DNA from: Eledone cirrhosa
Taxonomy: Eukaryota
NCBI GenBank assembly: GCA_964016885.1
Contig: OZ024740.1
Coordinates: forward strand, 135,780,001-135,844,000
Length of the DNA stretch: 64,000 bases
Direction of reading: 5' to 3'
A program made the position numbers and the translations under genes. Positions 48,143-61,786 of this stretch are shown here, piece by piece; the first letter of the stretch is position 1; each line of letters begins with the position of its first letter. Under the pieces are notes generated by a model that had not been told where the DNA came from, ran no database searches, and was given only the letters and a program-made list of their open reading frames with translations.

Positions 48143-50879
48143 GTTACAATTCCATTGACATCTGCTTTCAATAAAAGTAATGAAATATTAGTCTTAATGT
48201 AGATAATTCTATTTTGTTGATACAAGGTGTAAAAACTATGATATGCTGGCTACAAAGGATATGGGCTATAAGTTAGTACACCATTGACTATGTGTTGTTG
48301 CATAACTGTAATGGTTGCTGTGTCAATACTGAGTTGCATTGACTGATGGAATGGCTACACTATCTGTTGTGGCTGGTATGTGAGTCCTCAACACTTAGGT
48401 ATGTCTGAGCTCTCAACATGTAGCATCCCAGATGAGGGGCCTACCCCCGTAGAACGAGATTGTTTAAAACTTACGTCTAAGTGGGGTTAATACTGTTATC
48501 AAACTGCCTCTGGTTCTTTGGTATAAACATTTGTTTTTAATTGCATATATTTACATAAAAACCTTCCACCATAATTTTATCCAAGAACCTTAGTTAGGTG
48601 ACATTCCAAACACCAGATAAATAATGAGAAAGTGATATTAGAAAATCCCTCACAGCTTTTTATTATTTTCCAATTTAATTGAAAATCATAAGCAATGTCT
48701 TTCATTAGAAATGTGGTAATTTTAGACAACTAAAAATAGAGAGCAAGTAACAATGTACTTACTCCATTATAAAGTTTAGGTAGGAGCAAAATTGTTTTGA
48801 TTTCAATATATTGGGGATATGTACTGTACTTGAGAATACACATAATTATACACATCTAACTTTACCTTCCTGTAAAATATAGCTGATCTTTGTGTGTTCT
48901 ATTAAATTATTAGGCTGATGTCCTGTCATATGTTTAATGACATAAAATCAAAGCTTAACATGAGCTCTTAAAAAGTCACACAGACACCCCCAAACACACA
49001 ATCTCCCCTCTGTGGTTACTAGAGTTATTTATATCTGTATTTTAAAGTGGAAATCACACTCGTAACAATTTAAGCTAATGCACATAGGTGGAAAGTATGT
49101 TTAATTTTAATTGTTTGAAATAATTTTTTTTTTCTTAACAGTGACAGCCAAAAATACAATGTAATACAATGAAGTAAATGCTTGGGGAAAAAAACCTCTT
49201 CACTTCACGCAGATACACAAAAATAAAAAAATAAAAATAAAAAGTGTATTTCTACTTTTTCTGAGATATATGTATGAGAGGAAAAAAATAAAGAATTATT
49301 TTAATTATTCACAGATGTCGTACTTCAAACTCAGTATTCAATAGGAAAAATTGATGCTGGAAGAAATAGATTATTTTTCAGTCCTGTTCTTTTGTCAATG
49401 TTAATAGTAGACTCTATTTTAAATTTAAACACCAGATGTACATTAATGAATGAATGAATGAATGAACAAATGAATGAATGCAAGGATTTCGATCAGAAAA
49501 TTTGAAACTTCAAAAAAATTATGCTCAAGTTTTGTCAAACGGCAACAATTGACAATAAAAAGAATTCTGTCAATGTGCTACACTACAATAACTTAACTGA
49601 AATGGGAAAATATATCTAGTATAAATATGTATACATGTGTGTGTATGCATAAACATTTTTTTTTTATATACAAGTTAGTTGGAAAAGGAAAGGCAGTGCT
49701 TATGACCTTTGCGAACCATTCCCAAATGTTTAAAAGAAATTATACGCTTTGATCAATTTTGATTAATATAAACCATTGTCTTTGTTACTATCTCTCTCTC
49801 CTCACTTCAAAGGTAATTTTAATTAATTTTTTTGTTTTTTTTGCCTATCTACATTAAATATGCCAGCACTTACTCATACTGAACTATTATGCATTTAGTT
49901 TGAGCCTCTCTAGAACGACACTTACAGGAAAAACGTAGGGTGCCAAACATCCTGTCAATCACATCCTACCATTTTAAAAAAGGAAGCACATATTGAATAA
50001 TATAGTTCGAGGTATACTGTCTGAAGGATAAAAAGAAGATGAGATGACCATAGCTGGCCTGAGGGTAAACAACACCTTGGGCTGGGTGACACATTATGGA
50101 TGATGAGAAATGGGTTTGTTAAAGATGGTATGTAGCTTTTTAGTTCAGATGAGCAGACAATATTCTTGCAGTGGTAGAAGAGACAGAGAGAAGGACCAAC
50201 ATATCTACGAGTTAGACATTGTAAATGTGTTGGTGACCGATTCCTTGATAATTAGCTGATTTGGTTTTTTTCTTTTACATAAATACAATCTTTTATTTCT
50301 TGGATAAAATTACATAAAAATAATAAAGAATTTAATATTTAGTCAAAGAAAAAGTAAGTAGCATTGTAAAATACTATAAATAAGAGGAAAAGGAGGGAAA
50401 GGGCAAGGATTATTAAGCAATGAAAGGGGGAAGGGGAGAGAGTGACAGACTCTACACCTCAGTCAAGGTGGTGTTTTGGCTGTACCCCACAGACAATATG
50501 GCAGTCATTGCTGTGGACAATGGCCAGCAACACCCACCCCACCTCACAGGGTTCCTTCCTCAGATGGACTGCTGTCATTCCGATTTTGTGGAGGGGGTCA
50601 GCTGTACAGGGCCCGAGGATGCCCGTGGTCTCAACAGTAACTGGTACAAAGAGAAAGTGGCTGAACAATCTGTTAGTTGGTTGTTTTGGTGCCGCGATAA
50701 AAGACTCAGTCCATGCTGTAAATGTGATTGGTGTTAGGAAGGGCATCCAGCCATAGAAACCAAGCCAGAAACAGTTCTATATGATCAAAATAGTCACCTG
50801 AGCTGACTTGTCTCACAATGGGACAACTCATCTAACCTATGCTAGCATGGAAAATGGACATTAAATGATGATGATGACA

Positions 50880-51178
50880 CAATGGAACCTATTTATGAAC
50901 TTAATTCATTCGTGAAGGCTGCTCGTAACTCGAAATGTTCATAAACCGAAACTATTTTTCCCAATACGAACTGTTGGGAGAAATAGTGAGAGAGAGACTG
51001 TGAAAGATAGATATCACCATAGTAACTAACTACACAGAAAGTGACGCTTTCCCACCAATACTCCCAGCTTGTCGCTGGCTTGCGTGTTCATTACTTGAGA
51101 CACCGTTCATCACCTTAGACGTTTTATGTTCAGAAACTTGTTCATGATGTGAGGCCTTTGTGAATTGAGGTTCCATTG
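50880..51178. mobile_element. Tigger/pogo-like MITE
   Basis: TIRs CAATGGAACCT... / ...AGGTTCCATTG-TA; subterminal ttcgtaactcga-like repeats. Confidence 0.75.
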
Positions 51179-52883
51179 TATATGGAAAAAAGAAAATGAA
51201 CACGGCTTTTCAAAAATTAACTAATTTACCTTTTACAGATCGAGGTTATGAAGGGAATATAATTTTCTTTTGAATGTATCTTACTGATATAGAACATTCA
51301 TAGATTAATGAATATGTTATATTTACATATTAAGAAATGTATTGAATTAAATTACATTGAAAGGGAATATTATATTCTCTTCTACACACTGTAGTTAAGA
51401 CTGGTATATTAGGCAGCATCAACAAAGTAACTGAACACATACAAAAACAAAATTATATCAAAATACAAGGGAAAATAGTTACTAAAACCGAGATACATAA
51501 AATATTTTGAAAGAACATCTTTATGAGAAGATAATATAAATTTTCTTAGAAATTATACAGTTTATGGAAAAAAATATTTAGATTTTTAAGTAAATTTTTT
51601 ATTCAATGACAAACTAGAAATTAGACTATTTCCTTCATAGTTACGAGAGCCAACTCCTATTTTCCATGTTATTTAATTCCACTTCCAGCCCATTTTTACT
51701 AACAGTTTTGGAGCACAATATATGTACATAAGCAACAAATTACAGCAATAATATCTTTCAGTTTTATCTATTTGCATTCTGCTTGAATTTCATTGATTCA
51801 CAATATAAAGCAAAGCAAGATCCTTCCCCACCAAATGATGATACTGAAGTGACAATATATCTGTCATTGAACAGCATTAACTTAAAATAGTTGTAGAATA
51901 TAGCATAAACATATATGTCTGTGTGTGTGCATATATATATAAATATAATCCCATTTTAAATATATATAAAATGGCTGACTGAAAGCGCACATGTGTTTTT
52001 TTTCTCATTCTTTTCTGTTCCATCCACCTCTCATTCTCTATTTTATTTTTTATTTCTAATTCTATCTTATGAAGGACTAGCATCTGAAACGTTAAAATGT
52101 TCTGTCATTGGCTTTGTTATTTCTGTTTACTTTTTACATATATACATATATTACACACACACACAATATATATATATATATATGACTACATAATTCTTAA
52201 TGCAATATAAACTACAGAGAATAGTAATGTAGACAAACAGGCATTTCTCTCATAAAGCAAGACTAAGTCATTCTGTAAAGCATCATATTTCAATATCAGA
52301 GCTATTAAGTAAATGTTTTAACTTAGCTACACACAAGTGGGACAAGAGAAGAGGAAACAGGGAAAGTAAAACAGCACTAATACTAAGAGAGAGAAAAGTG
52401 AACTGATTCTATATGTCCATTTATTTCTGTGACAGAAATATAACACACTGAATAACAAATTATCTATAAATTGATTCAATTTTATTTCCACTTTTGTATG
52501 TTGTTCTCAGGAAGGAAATAGCAAACCAAAAGCCTGATGGAGACTTCATAGGAATTATATGCTGAGAGTCTGGAGAAGTTGATGCTTGTTAATTTTGAAG
52601 TATATATATAGTGTACTAGTAAAAACAGGAAAATATGAGCAGGGCAAAGGTTTCAACGATGTGTATTTTTACAGAATGATTTTGAATATTATTTAGTAGA
52701 TGGTGTTGGATAATAGGATGAAATAATGAGAGAGAGAGAAACTAAATTTTTACTGGGGTTTGGGTGTATCTAATATATTCAAAAGAGCAGACTTTTGTAG
52801 TATTGGTAAAAAAAAAAAAAAAAAGCAAAAATCAACACAGCAAATATTAATGTAATAGACTGAAAAATTCCAAAATAACTGAT

Positions 52884-53089
52884 ATAATATAATAAAGAGA
52901 GACAAACACAGATATATACATATATGCATTCAAATCACAAGGGTTTAGGCCCCTTGTGATTTGAACGCATGTATGTATATATCTGTGTTTGTCTCACTTT
53001 ATTATATTATATTATAAGGCTCAGAAATTTTTTTTTCCTTGAGCTATTTTAATTTATTACGAGTTTTTAACTCAATATTTACTTTTGAT
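52884..53089 (+). mobile_element. Palindrome-plus-tail insertion with 12-bp TSD
   Basis: 62-bp arms at 52882-52943 and 52951-53012, ~77-bp tail; TSD AAAATAACTGAT at 52872-52883 and 53090-53101. Confidence 0.75.
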
Positions 53090-53664
53090 AAAATAACTGA
53101 TTAATTAATAGTTAGTTTCTTTTGTCAAAGACAGTGGTGAATGAAAGAGCATAGCTGTGGGTGGATTTTCAATCCCAGAGTTAATTTTGGACTTGAACAA
53201 AGGCTACTTTTGTTCATGGCAGTGTGCTTAAGAAATTCATTTTTCAACTACATAGTTTTGGGCTTAATCTCATTGTATGGAACCTTGGATAAGTGTCTTC
53301 TACCATAGCTTTAGGTTAACCAAAGCCTTTGTTGTGAAATTTAGTAGACAGAAACTGTTGATGGGACCATTCCTGTGCATAACTCATCTCCCATAAGTCA
53401 TGTTTCACATTAAGGATAATTTCCTCTCTTCCTCCTACCTGTCAAAGAAATCATCATGGGTATTGTTCTCCTTCCACTGACTAAACTATTGAAAAAAATT
53501 AAAAATGGCAAACATATACCTGGGTTCTTAAAAAATATATTTGTGGCCATATTGAATAGAAGGCATAGCTAGCTAAAGATAATTACTGGCATCATTAAGT
53601 TGAAACATCTGCAAGATGAAGACAGGCATATGATCCTTATTGGAACAACGAAAATATGTCTTAA

Positions 53665-53950
53665 CTCTTAACATCCTGTGCTACATTAGCATGGCATTCT
53701 TCAAAGGTACGGCATCATATTAAAAATGAAAGTCTTTAGTTTATTGCAAATTTTTCACAGCAATCTGTTAGTGGTGAAAACCTTTAAACACAGTCTCAGT
53801 AGAAATGTTAGACAAAGCCAGTGGTCTAAATTTTAAGACGTCTCACAAGAAATTTTAGACATCAATCTAGCAGTGAAAACCTTTAGACACATAACTAGTA
53901 AGGATACTATAGACGCTTGAATTATCAAAACCATTGCTGAATGTTAAGAG
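53665..53950. mobile_element. piggyBac-like MITE, family P3
   Basis: TTAA-CTCTTAACAT ... ATGTTAAGAG-TTAA; related bodies near 18120-18390 and 22110-22265. Confidence 0.75.
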
Positions 53951-56569
53951 TTAATATAGGGGGTGGGTGCCGTTTACGATGCTGTAGATTTATTGGCTAG
54001 AACTGGTTCAACCCATCCTGGAGAGATGCTGTCACAAGTACAAATATGTATATTTGTTAGACAGCAAATTGGCAGTGTAGTTAAAGCATAGCAGAAAATA
54101 ACTTGCTGTATTTGCTCTGACTATGTGATCTGAGTTCAAAGCTTACTATCATCAACTTTACTCTTCCTCCTTTTGGGGGTCAATAACAAAGTAAATGTCC
54201 ATGGCAGTGGATTAGTGGAGTTGTTAGAGAGTCAAATGAGATACTTTGTGATGTTTGTTATGGCTCTTTGGATTTTTAGTTGAAATTCAGCTGTGGCTTA
54301 CCTTGTTGAATGTAATTTGAGAGAGGTTTGGCTGCTATTTCTAGCATGTCAAATGATCATGTAGAGGCTCCCTAGGCAGTAATTTCAATATTCAGTCATA
54401 ATTAGAAAATCCAATTTACAAATTTGTAAAAAGACTAATTATTTTCTCAATCAAATTACTTTGTAACTATTTTCATGACAATTTGAATTGAAGAATAAAT
54501 TTTCCCCTTCTTTGTCTCAACTTTTTAAGGGTGGTTTAAGAGATCTACTTTAGTTCTTTTTCTACCTCTATTTTCATCAGAGGAAGTCTACAGCATAAAT
54601 ATGCTATGCATTCAACACTTTCCAATCTGTTTTTGCCATTGACTCCTATCTATGGCAGAGTAAGCAAATTCACATCAGGCTAGGTATTTATTTTCTTATA
54701 AAATGTTTGTCTTTCACAAAGCTCATCCAACAAGATAAAGTTCTGTAGATTGATTTTTTTTATTCAAAAGAGCAACCAGTGATATATTTGTTGTCTTAAA
54801 GCATGTCCAATCCAAATTAATCTTTTTGAATGTAAAACATTATCAACTAAGAAAGTCTGTTCTAGTTACCATCAAGTACCAACTTACATCTGGCTGTCCA
54901 CATTAAACACCTTTAAATCCGAGTAGTCTTCTTATTTTATTCAAATATTTAACCCATTCTTAAGCTTAACTCCACATACCATTGTTTTATAATAATTCAT
55001 TACTACCATGATGTGTCACAGCTGGTTAAGTGAATAGGATGTCAGACTAATGGGTCATGTTAAAGTAACACATACAGCTATTAAATATGTCAGTCCACCT
55101 GGCTGTAATAAGTAGTAAAAATTTACTGTTCTAAGTAATGTTATGTTGTTGTTTAACACCAAGTTGGCTCTATATAAGCAGACCTATGATCAAAGACACT
55201 CAAGTCACAACCATCTTATCTTTTTGCCAAGAAGACTTGTATTTAGTGACTTCATTTTTAGGTGCCGTTTTAGTGCTTTGTTATTTTGTTACATGCATTA
55301 GTTCAACCAATCAGAGATCAACAATCAATCAGCTATTTTATCTATTTAAACAGAAATTGAACTGTTTTCTATAGCTCTGCTTCTGATTATCACTCAGCAA
55401 CTCTAAACAAGTAGCCTTATACTCCCCACCCTTCCAGTCAACTAGCTGTGTTATTGCTTTGGACTGAATCAACTCTTTCAGTTGTCTCAAATCATGAGAC
55501 ATGACACATTAAGTTGATTGAGACATCTTTTAGTGATGTCTATTTTTACCAGTTTAAAAACACATATGTTATTTACACATTGACCTTATAAACAAGACTG
55601 TGTGTGTACAGCCTCAACACATTTACATAAACTTTGTATCATAATTGATGTTGTAAATTAAGATCTGTTATATTCTATATCTGCATTCTGTTATAAACCA
55701 TGTGCTGTGTAAATTATTAAATTATGGTTTCAACAAGACTGGAAGAGGTCTGTTTTCTGTTGGTGTGTAGGAAATAAATGCAAAATAAAATGGAAAATAA
55801 CTAACCACACTTGGATTGCTATAAATAATAGTTTAGAAAATCAGGTAAAATACCCCTATATTTTTTACATCTCTAGGGATATTTTACCCAATTTTGGGGG
55901 CTATTGATTATAGCAATCAACTGTAGCTACAGTTGATTTTTGCATTTAAGATTTCTACATTTTCTTCAAAATAATTAATTATCCTTGTTCTCCATGTCAA
56001 CATTCCTTTTTAATTCCTTGCGTAACTTGGCCAATATTATCCATTGCATTCTTTTTTGTAAGATAGTAGGGCGTGATTTGAGTGGGATTTGGCAGTTATT
56101 TCTAGCAGGTTAAGTGAATATTAGTTCGCTTGTTGGCTCAATTTAGTTGCAGATGATATTGGCAGTTAATTTTAATTTCCCCGGTAATTGCAAACACATC
56201 TAGTTCAACCCCTAGAACCATGTCATCTAGAAAGAAGAGATAGGTTTAGCAATTATTTAAAAATTAAGTTTTTCCTATATCTCTTAGGAAATAGAGCAAT
56301 CTAAATTTTGAACATATTTCACTTCATTCAAAAGAATGCATAACATTTATTAACAGTGGATTTGATTCCACTACACAGCACCTTGGACAAGGCATTTTAT
56401 ACCACAGCTTTGGGCTGAATGGATACTTTGTGAGTAGAATTTAGTAGATGAAAACTGAGTGAAAATCCATCATATATGTATGTGTATATTTTTTGCTGTT
56501 TCAGAGCAGTGAAAGATGCAAACATTCACTAGAAAACTAATAAACCAATGCATGTGGATTTGATTTAGT

Positions 56570-56980
56570 ATTTGTGCCTATCCTTACCTATGGTAGTGAA
56601 TCTTGGGTAATGACTAAAAGAAAATTATTGCAAATACATATGGTAGAAATGTGGAACCTGAAAGGAGTTTTTTGTGCAATGTTACTCAATAGGGTGCATA
56701 CCCACTACTTTCCAACATCAAGAAATCACAACTCTGGTACTATGGACATCTGGATAGAATATCTAAGAAAAGAATTGCAGGACAGACTTTATGGGCAGGA
56801 GACCCTGGGGTAGACCCTGAGCAAGATGGTTGGATAACATAATTATACCTGGCTGGTCATGGTTGGAGATCCAGCCAGATCATTTGAAAAGGAATGGTTC
56901 TGAAAAATGTGTGAATAAAGACACTGTGATATTCATTCTGCTTAAGTTCCATTAACAGTCCCCTATCACTTGTGTCACTG
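56570..56980 (+). mobile_element. Old RTE 3' fragment
   Basis: PILTYGSESWVMT, LWYYGH and GRP..RWLDNI remnants. Confidence 0.7.
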
Positions 56981-58213
56981 GAAATGCAGAGAAGCAAGGA
57001 TTGCCTCATTGGATATCTATAACAAATGAAGCTATTATTCACAAAATAGTGATATAAATAAAATGATTTAGTCCTTTCACATGCAATGATGTTACATCAA
57101 TAAAACAAGCAATTAAAATAAACACACAAACAACACAAAATACATTAACTGAATAATTATAGAACATTACTGTTTTCTAGAAATATTCCATTGAGATAAA
57201 TGAAATAAAAGTGTTTTATAACATTTTATTTGATAATACTTCAAAAGCTGCCTTTCTACCAAAATTTCTAAATTCAAGATAATTTATAATTGGATTATTG
57301 CAACAACTAGTTTTTACAAATAAAAATAAAACAACAAATTTATAGCCACAAAACAAAAGAAAAATTAAAATAAGTATAAGATAAAATTTTTGAGGGGAAA
57401 AAGGTTGGGGGTGAGATTGATAGAGTCATAAGAATAAAGTAGGCTTCTTTCAATTGTTACCAAACCAAAAGAGAGGTAAGTAGGCTCTTTCATATCCTGA
57501 TTCAAGTGGAAATTTGTCTTTACATTACAAATGTCTCTTGTATTTTAGTCATTTTTTTGTTTTCTGATGTCAAGCATCTTTACTTTAACAGGATATAGCC
57601 TCATATTTACAGAACACTTGTTTGTCCTTGTTTAAACAGAATAAAATGCCATGGCAGTCCTCTCAGTCTCTCTCTATCTCTCTAACATAGTTATAATTAA
57701 TAGGCTTCTACTTCAAGTAATTAGTGTTGTGGATAATATAAAGACACAGGAAAAGACTTCATTTCAGGAGTGTTAACATATATTTTACTACAAAACAACA
57801 AACACTCTGTAAAAGGGGTCACCAACTTTAGATTAGCAGGTTGCCATTATTTAGTTCCTGGTCAGCTCTCATTGAGTAAACCTTCAATCAGAAACTTTCC
57901 AGCTATGGCTGTCCTGTTTTTTTTTTATTCAGAAATAAAATATCTAGTACATTATTGAATATGTCCTTCCTTTTTGAAAGATAGTAGGTTGTGATTTGAG
58001 ATATTTGGCTGCAATTTCTAGGAGACCAAGCAACTGTATAGAGAATCCCTCATTGGCAACATGATATTCATAAGAGCCATTTTATAGTTGAGTTGCTGCT
58101 TACAATACTGAACTGTATCCCCCTCTCCATGGTACTCCTTTTTTAATGGTTTGGCCAGAAGGAAGGGAAAGTGCCCATTACCTTTGCAAACCATTTAAAA
58201 CTAGTTACATTAA

Positions 58214-58430
58214 CCCTTTCGCATTTAAACCGGCTGTATCCATCCAGAATCCTCTCACCTCTTTCTGTTCAAACTGGCTGTAATCAGCCACTTATACTGA
58301 TGTTAAGGTATTGTTCTCAAAATAAATATCAAAATCTCACAGATTTGATATTATGAGAGATAATTATGTGAGGTAAAGCCTTTTTATGTGAAAATACAAA
58401 AGTAATTAGAGTAATGTGAATGCTAAAGGG
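58214..58430 (+). mobile_element. piggyBac-like MITE P2, complete
   Basis: TTAA TSD at 58210-58213 and 58431-58434; TIRs CCCTTTCGCATT / AATGCTAAAGGG. Confidence 0.88.
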
Positions 58431-59422
58431 TTAATATGGTTGAAGTTTGAATATCTTTAAGTGATTGTTTGTAGGAAGAAAATGGGTAAAAATGGAATTC
58501 CAAATGGTTGATACTCTGTGGAGAAAGATTAAAGAAAAAAGGTTAGTGCAGGGACCAGAGAGTGAAATACAATATAGATGTTAAGAAGAGAAGAGAGAGG
58601 TACATGGTGCAAAGCTGCATGGAAGTGTTACATAACTAGCTCGTTTAGAAAAGCAGTGGTTATAGTAGCGATAGAATAAGTAGAATGATGAATCAGCACA
58701 CTTGTGGGACAGGTGGCTCATGCCATTAAGTGCTAACTCTTGTCATCATTGACAAAGCAGAGCATTGATCATACTAACTCCAACTTCTGATCCTGCACTC
58801 ATGCCAAATACATCATATTTATAAAATGTTACTATGGTAAAATATAGCGATAAACACTAATATTATTCTAAGCAAGGTGGTTAGCAATAGGAAGGGCATC
58901 CAGCCATAGAAGACCTGCCAAAAACAGTGGTGGGAGGACTCTACTGTTGTGCCAAAGACATACCAATATTCCTAATATTGGTGATTTACACAATAAATGC
59001 ATTTAGTACTCTCTGTAAAGTGACTGGTGATTAGAAAACCTACAAAACAAAAGGTCGAGAGGACCCTTCAGCTAACCTCCCTAGTATTGGAGATGATATG
59101 ATAAATATACTCAGTATGCCTTGTAAAGTAGTTGATGATAGGAAGACTATCCAGTCATAGAAAACCTGCCAAACGAAAGGTTAGGAGGACTCTTCAGCTG
59201 TATCAAGGACACAACTTTCCTAGTGCTGGTGACAAGATAAAAAGCTCCAGCCCACTATGGGATCAGTACCCCCCGCTTTGCATACCAGCTTGGTCTGCCG
59301 AAAACCTGTCCAACCTTTGCTAGCAGGAAAAGCAGATGTTAAAGATGATGATGATGATGATATAATATTGATCCAATTCACATATTCATAAAATGTTATA
59401 GTATTCATTGTTTTTGCTTCAA

Positions 59423-59705
59423 GGAGGTGCAGGGCCTAGAAGTAAGAGTGTTTGACTTATGATCATAATGTTGTGGGTTTGATTCCTCGACTGGGTTGTG
59501 TTCTTGAGCAAAACATTTCATTTAATATTGTTCCAGTATACTCAAATGAAAATGAATACCAGCAATAACTGGAGATTTAACTCTGCAATGAATTGGCGTT
59601 CTGTCCAGGAGTCTAGTGCTCTCAGTTGCTTAACACCATGGAAACCAGGATAAACATGGCTTGATGAGCCGCAGGGCTTGAAACAGATTTTAGACAGACA
59701 TCTTT
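59423..59705 (+). mobile_element. SINE with family-B-like head and core but a non-RTE 3' tail
   Basis: ggaggtgc...ggtttgattcct...ttcttgagcaaaacatttcattt, then tail gaaaccaggataa...gatgagcc...ggcttg; sister copy at 11121-11345. Confidence 0.7.
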
Positions 59706-60162
59706 GCTTTGGAATATTTAGAATATGTTTAGAATTAACAATAAAAAAAGAAAAAGAAATTTTTTAAATTCTAATAAAAGACTCATCAAACAGAAATGCT
59801 TGAATTTCTTCAGTCAATTATTTTTTGCTGCGCTCATTGTCTTGCCAGTTTTAGAAGGTTTGTGAAGGCAGACACAGATAACATTTCTCTTAAATTCTTA
59901 TAATTTGGTGGCTGCAGGAAAGACATGAACAAGGTGGGAATTCCAGAAGGATGACCTAAGGAGGGAGAAAGATTAATCATAAAACTCAGTAATGTTGATG
60001 TACAGTGGAATGCCTGGTTAAATGTTTAACAGTATTTAGATCCATCTCTTAATGTTCTAAATTCAAATTCCTCTCAGGTTATCTTTGGCTTACATCCATC
60101 TAAGATTGATAAAATGAATAACAGGCATGAATGAGGGTGAATTCAATTGACTACTCACTAAA

Positions 60163-60512
60163 TTGCATAGCTGAATGGTTAAGAAGTTTGCTTTGTAATC
60201 ATAAGGTTCCTTGTTCGATCCCACTGCATGGCATCTTGAGCAAGTGCCTTTTACCATAGTCTTGAATTTACTAAAGCGTTGTGAGTGAAATTGGGTAGAC
60301 AGATACTGATTGGAAGCCTGTTGGATGGTTTGTATCTATAATTTAAAGAGCCAGCCTCGACAAACTGTCACACTGAATTTCCCTGAAAATTATGTTAAAG
60401 GCACATACATCTGTCAATGGAATACTCAGCCACTTGTTAATTTCATGAGCAGGCTGTACCATTGATTGAACAACTGGAACACTTATTGTTGAAACCAACC
60501 TAGTTCCATCCA
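60163..60512 (+). mobile_element. tRNA-derived SINE family C
   Basis: tagctgaatggttaag A-box, gttcgatccc B-box, cttgagcaagtgcctt, gtgagtgaaattgggtagacag; copies at 3520-3690(-), 30400-30680, 53215-53360, 56360-56480 and 63290-63450(-). Confidence 0.75.
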
Positions 60513-60780
60513 TCCCATTTTATTCCACTCCTTTATACATAATTTGTGGCCTTGTGATAATGTAAAGAATCCTTATACTTTCATTAGTGTGTCATCCTTG
60601 TACAGCGTTGATGTTAATTAGTTCATTATTATTCCCAAATTTAAGATGTGAAGTACTCTTCTTTTTTTAAATTATTTTATAGCTTTCACTCTTTGTACTA
60701 GATTCCTATATGAATTTATATCTTCCAATAGGATATCATACAAGAACCATATTTTAGGTTATTATATTAGGAATGAAATA

Positions 60781-61040
60781 TTAAGCTACTAACTTAGTAA
60801 TTAAATAATAAATAATTTTAGTAAATCTCTCAGAATTCTTCATTAATTGAAATAAAGGGCAGTGAATTGGCAGTATCAGTAGAGGGTTGGATGCCATGCT
60901 TTCTAGCATAGTTACGTCCCTTTACGGTCTGAGTTCAAATCCTGTCGAGGTTAACTTTGCCTTACATCTTTACGGGGTCGATAAAATACCAGTAATGTAC
61001 TGGTTAATTGCTGGCCTTGTGCCAAAAGTAGAAACAATTA
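60781..61040 (+). mobile_element. SINE A (60857-61040) plus a 76-bp 5' extension, within a 20-bp TSD
   Basis: TSD ATTATATTAGGAATGAAATA at 60761-60780 and 61037-61056. Confidence 0.88.
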
Positions 61041-61554
61041 TATTAGGAATGAAATAATCATTTAAACAAATCCTTCAAAATTCTTCATTAGTTAATTGAA
61101 AGAGTATGTTTCATTATAAATACAGTCCCGAAAGAGTTACGGGTACATATTTTCTTGACATCATAAGGTAAAATAGCAAAGTCAACAAGGATATAATTAG
61201 ACCGTAACCAAATACCACCTGGTATTTTGGTTTGACATACCTACTCGGCCATCCCTTGCCATATGTATGTGTACACACACACACACACACACACACATCC
61301 GGTGGACTTACAGTGTGTCTACCAAATTTCATTCATAAATCATTATTACATCTATTAGTAGTAATATCTGTCAAGTTACTGAGACACAGCTTAAAAGATT
61401 GTTTCTTGCATGTAGTGATTCAAAGAAAAATACACTGCTGCCTCCTATAGATTTATCAGAGCAGTTAAACTTAGCAAGGTGAGCTAATAGAAGGTTTATC
61501 AGTTATACACTTCCAACTCACTCCAGTTTATAAGTACCTTCTTTTGCTCCCTAT

Positions 61555-61786
61555 TAACCCTTTTGTGGCCATATTTCTAATGATATACACTTTATTTCAA
61601 TTAACGAAGAATTCTGAGAGATTTACTAAAATTATTATTTCATTACCAAGTTAGTAGCTTAATATATGGTTCTTTTATAAAATTATGTTGGAAGATTTAA
61701 ACTTAAATAGTAACCCTTTAAAAGGGGTGGTTTTGTTTTATAGAACCAGAATTGGTTTAGGCTGAGCTGGTATCAAAAGTGTTAAG
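61555..61786 (-). mobile_element. piggyBac-like MITE P1
   Basis: TTAA-CCCTTTT ... AAAAGTG-TTAA; reverse similarity to the other P1 copies. Confidence 0.7.

Noticed and set aside
59660-59690. TGATGA-GCC..GGCT-TGAAAC hammerhead-like string
   Set aside because: Part of a SINE tail; lacks the CTGA start and stems I and III.
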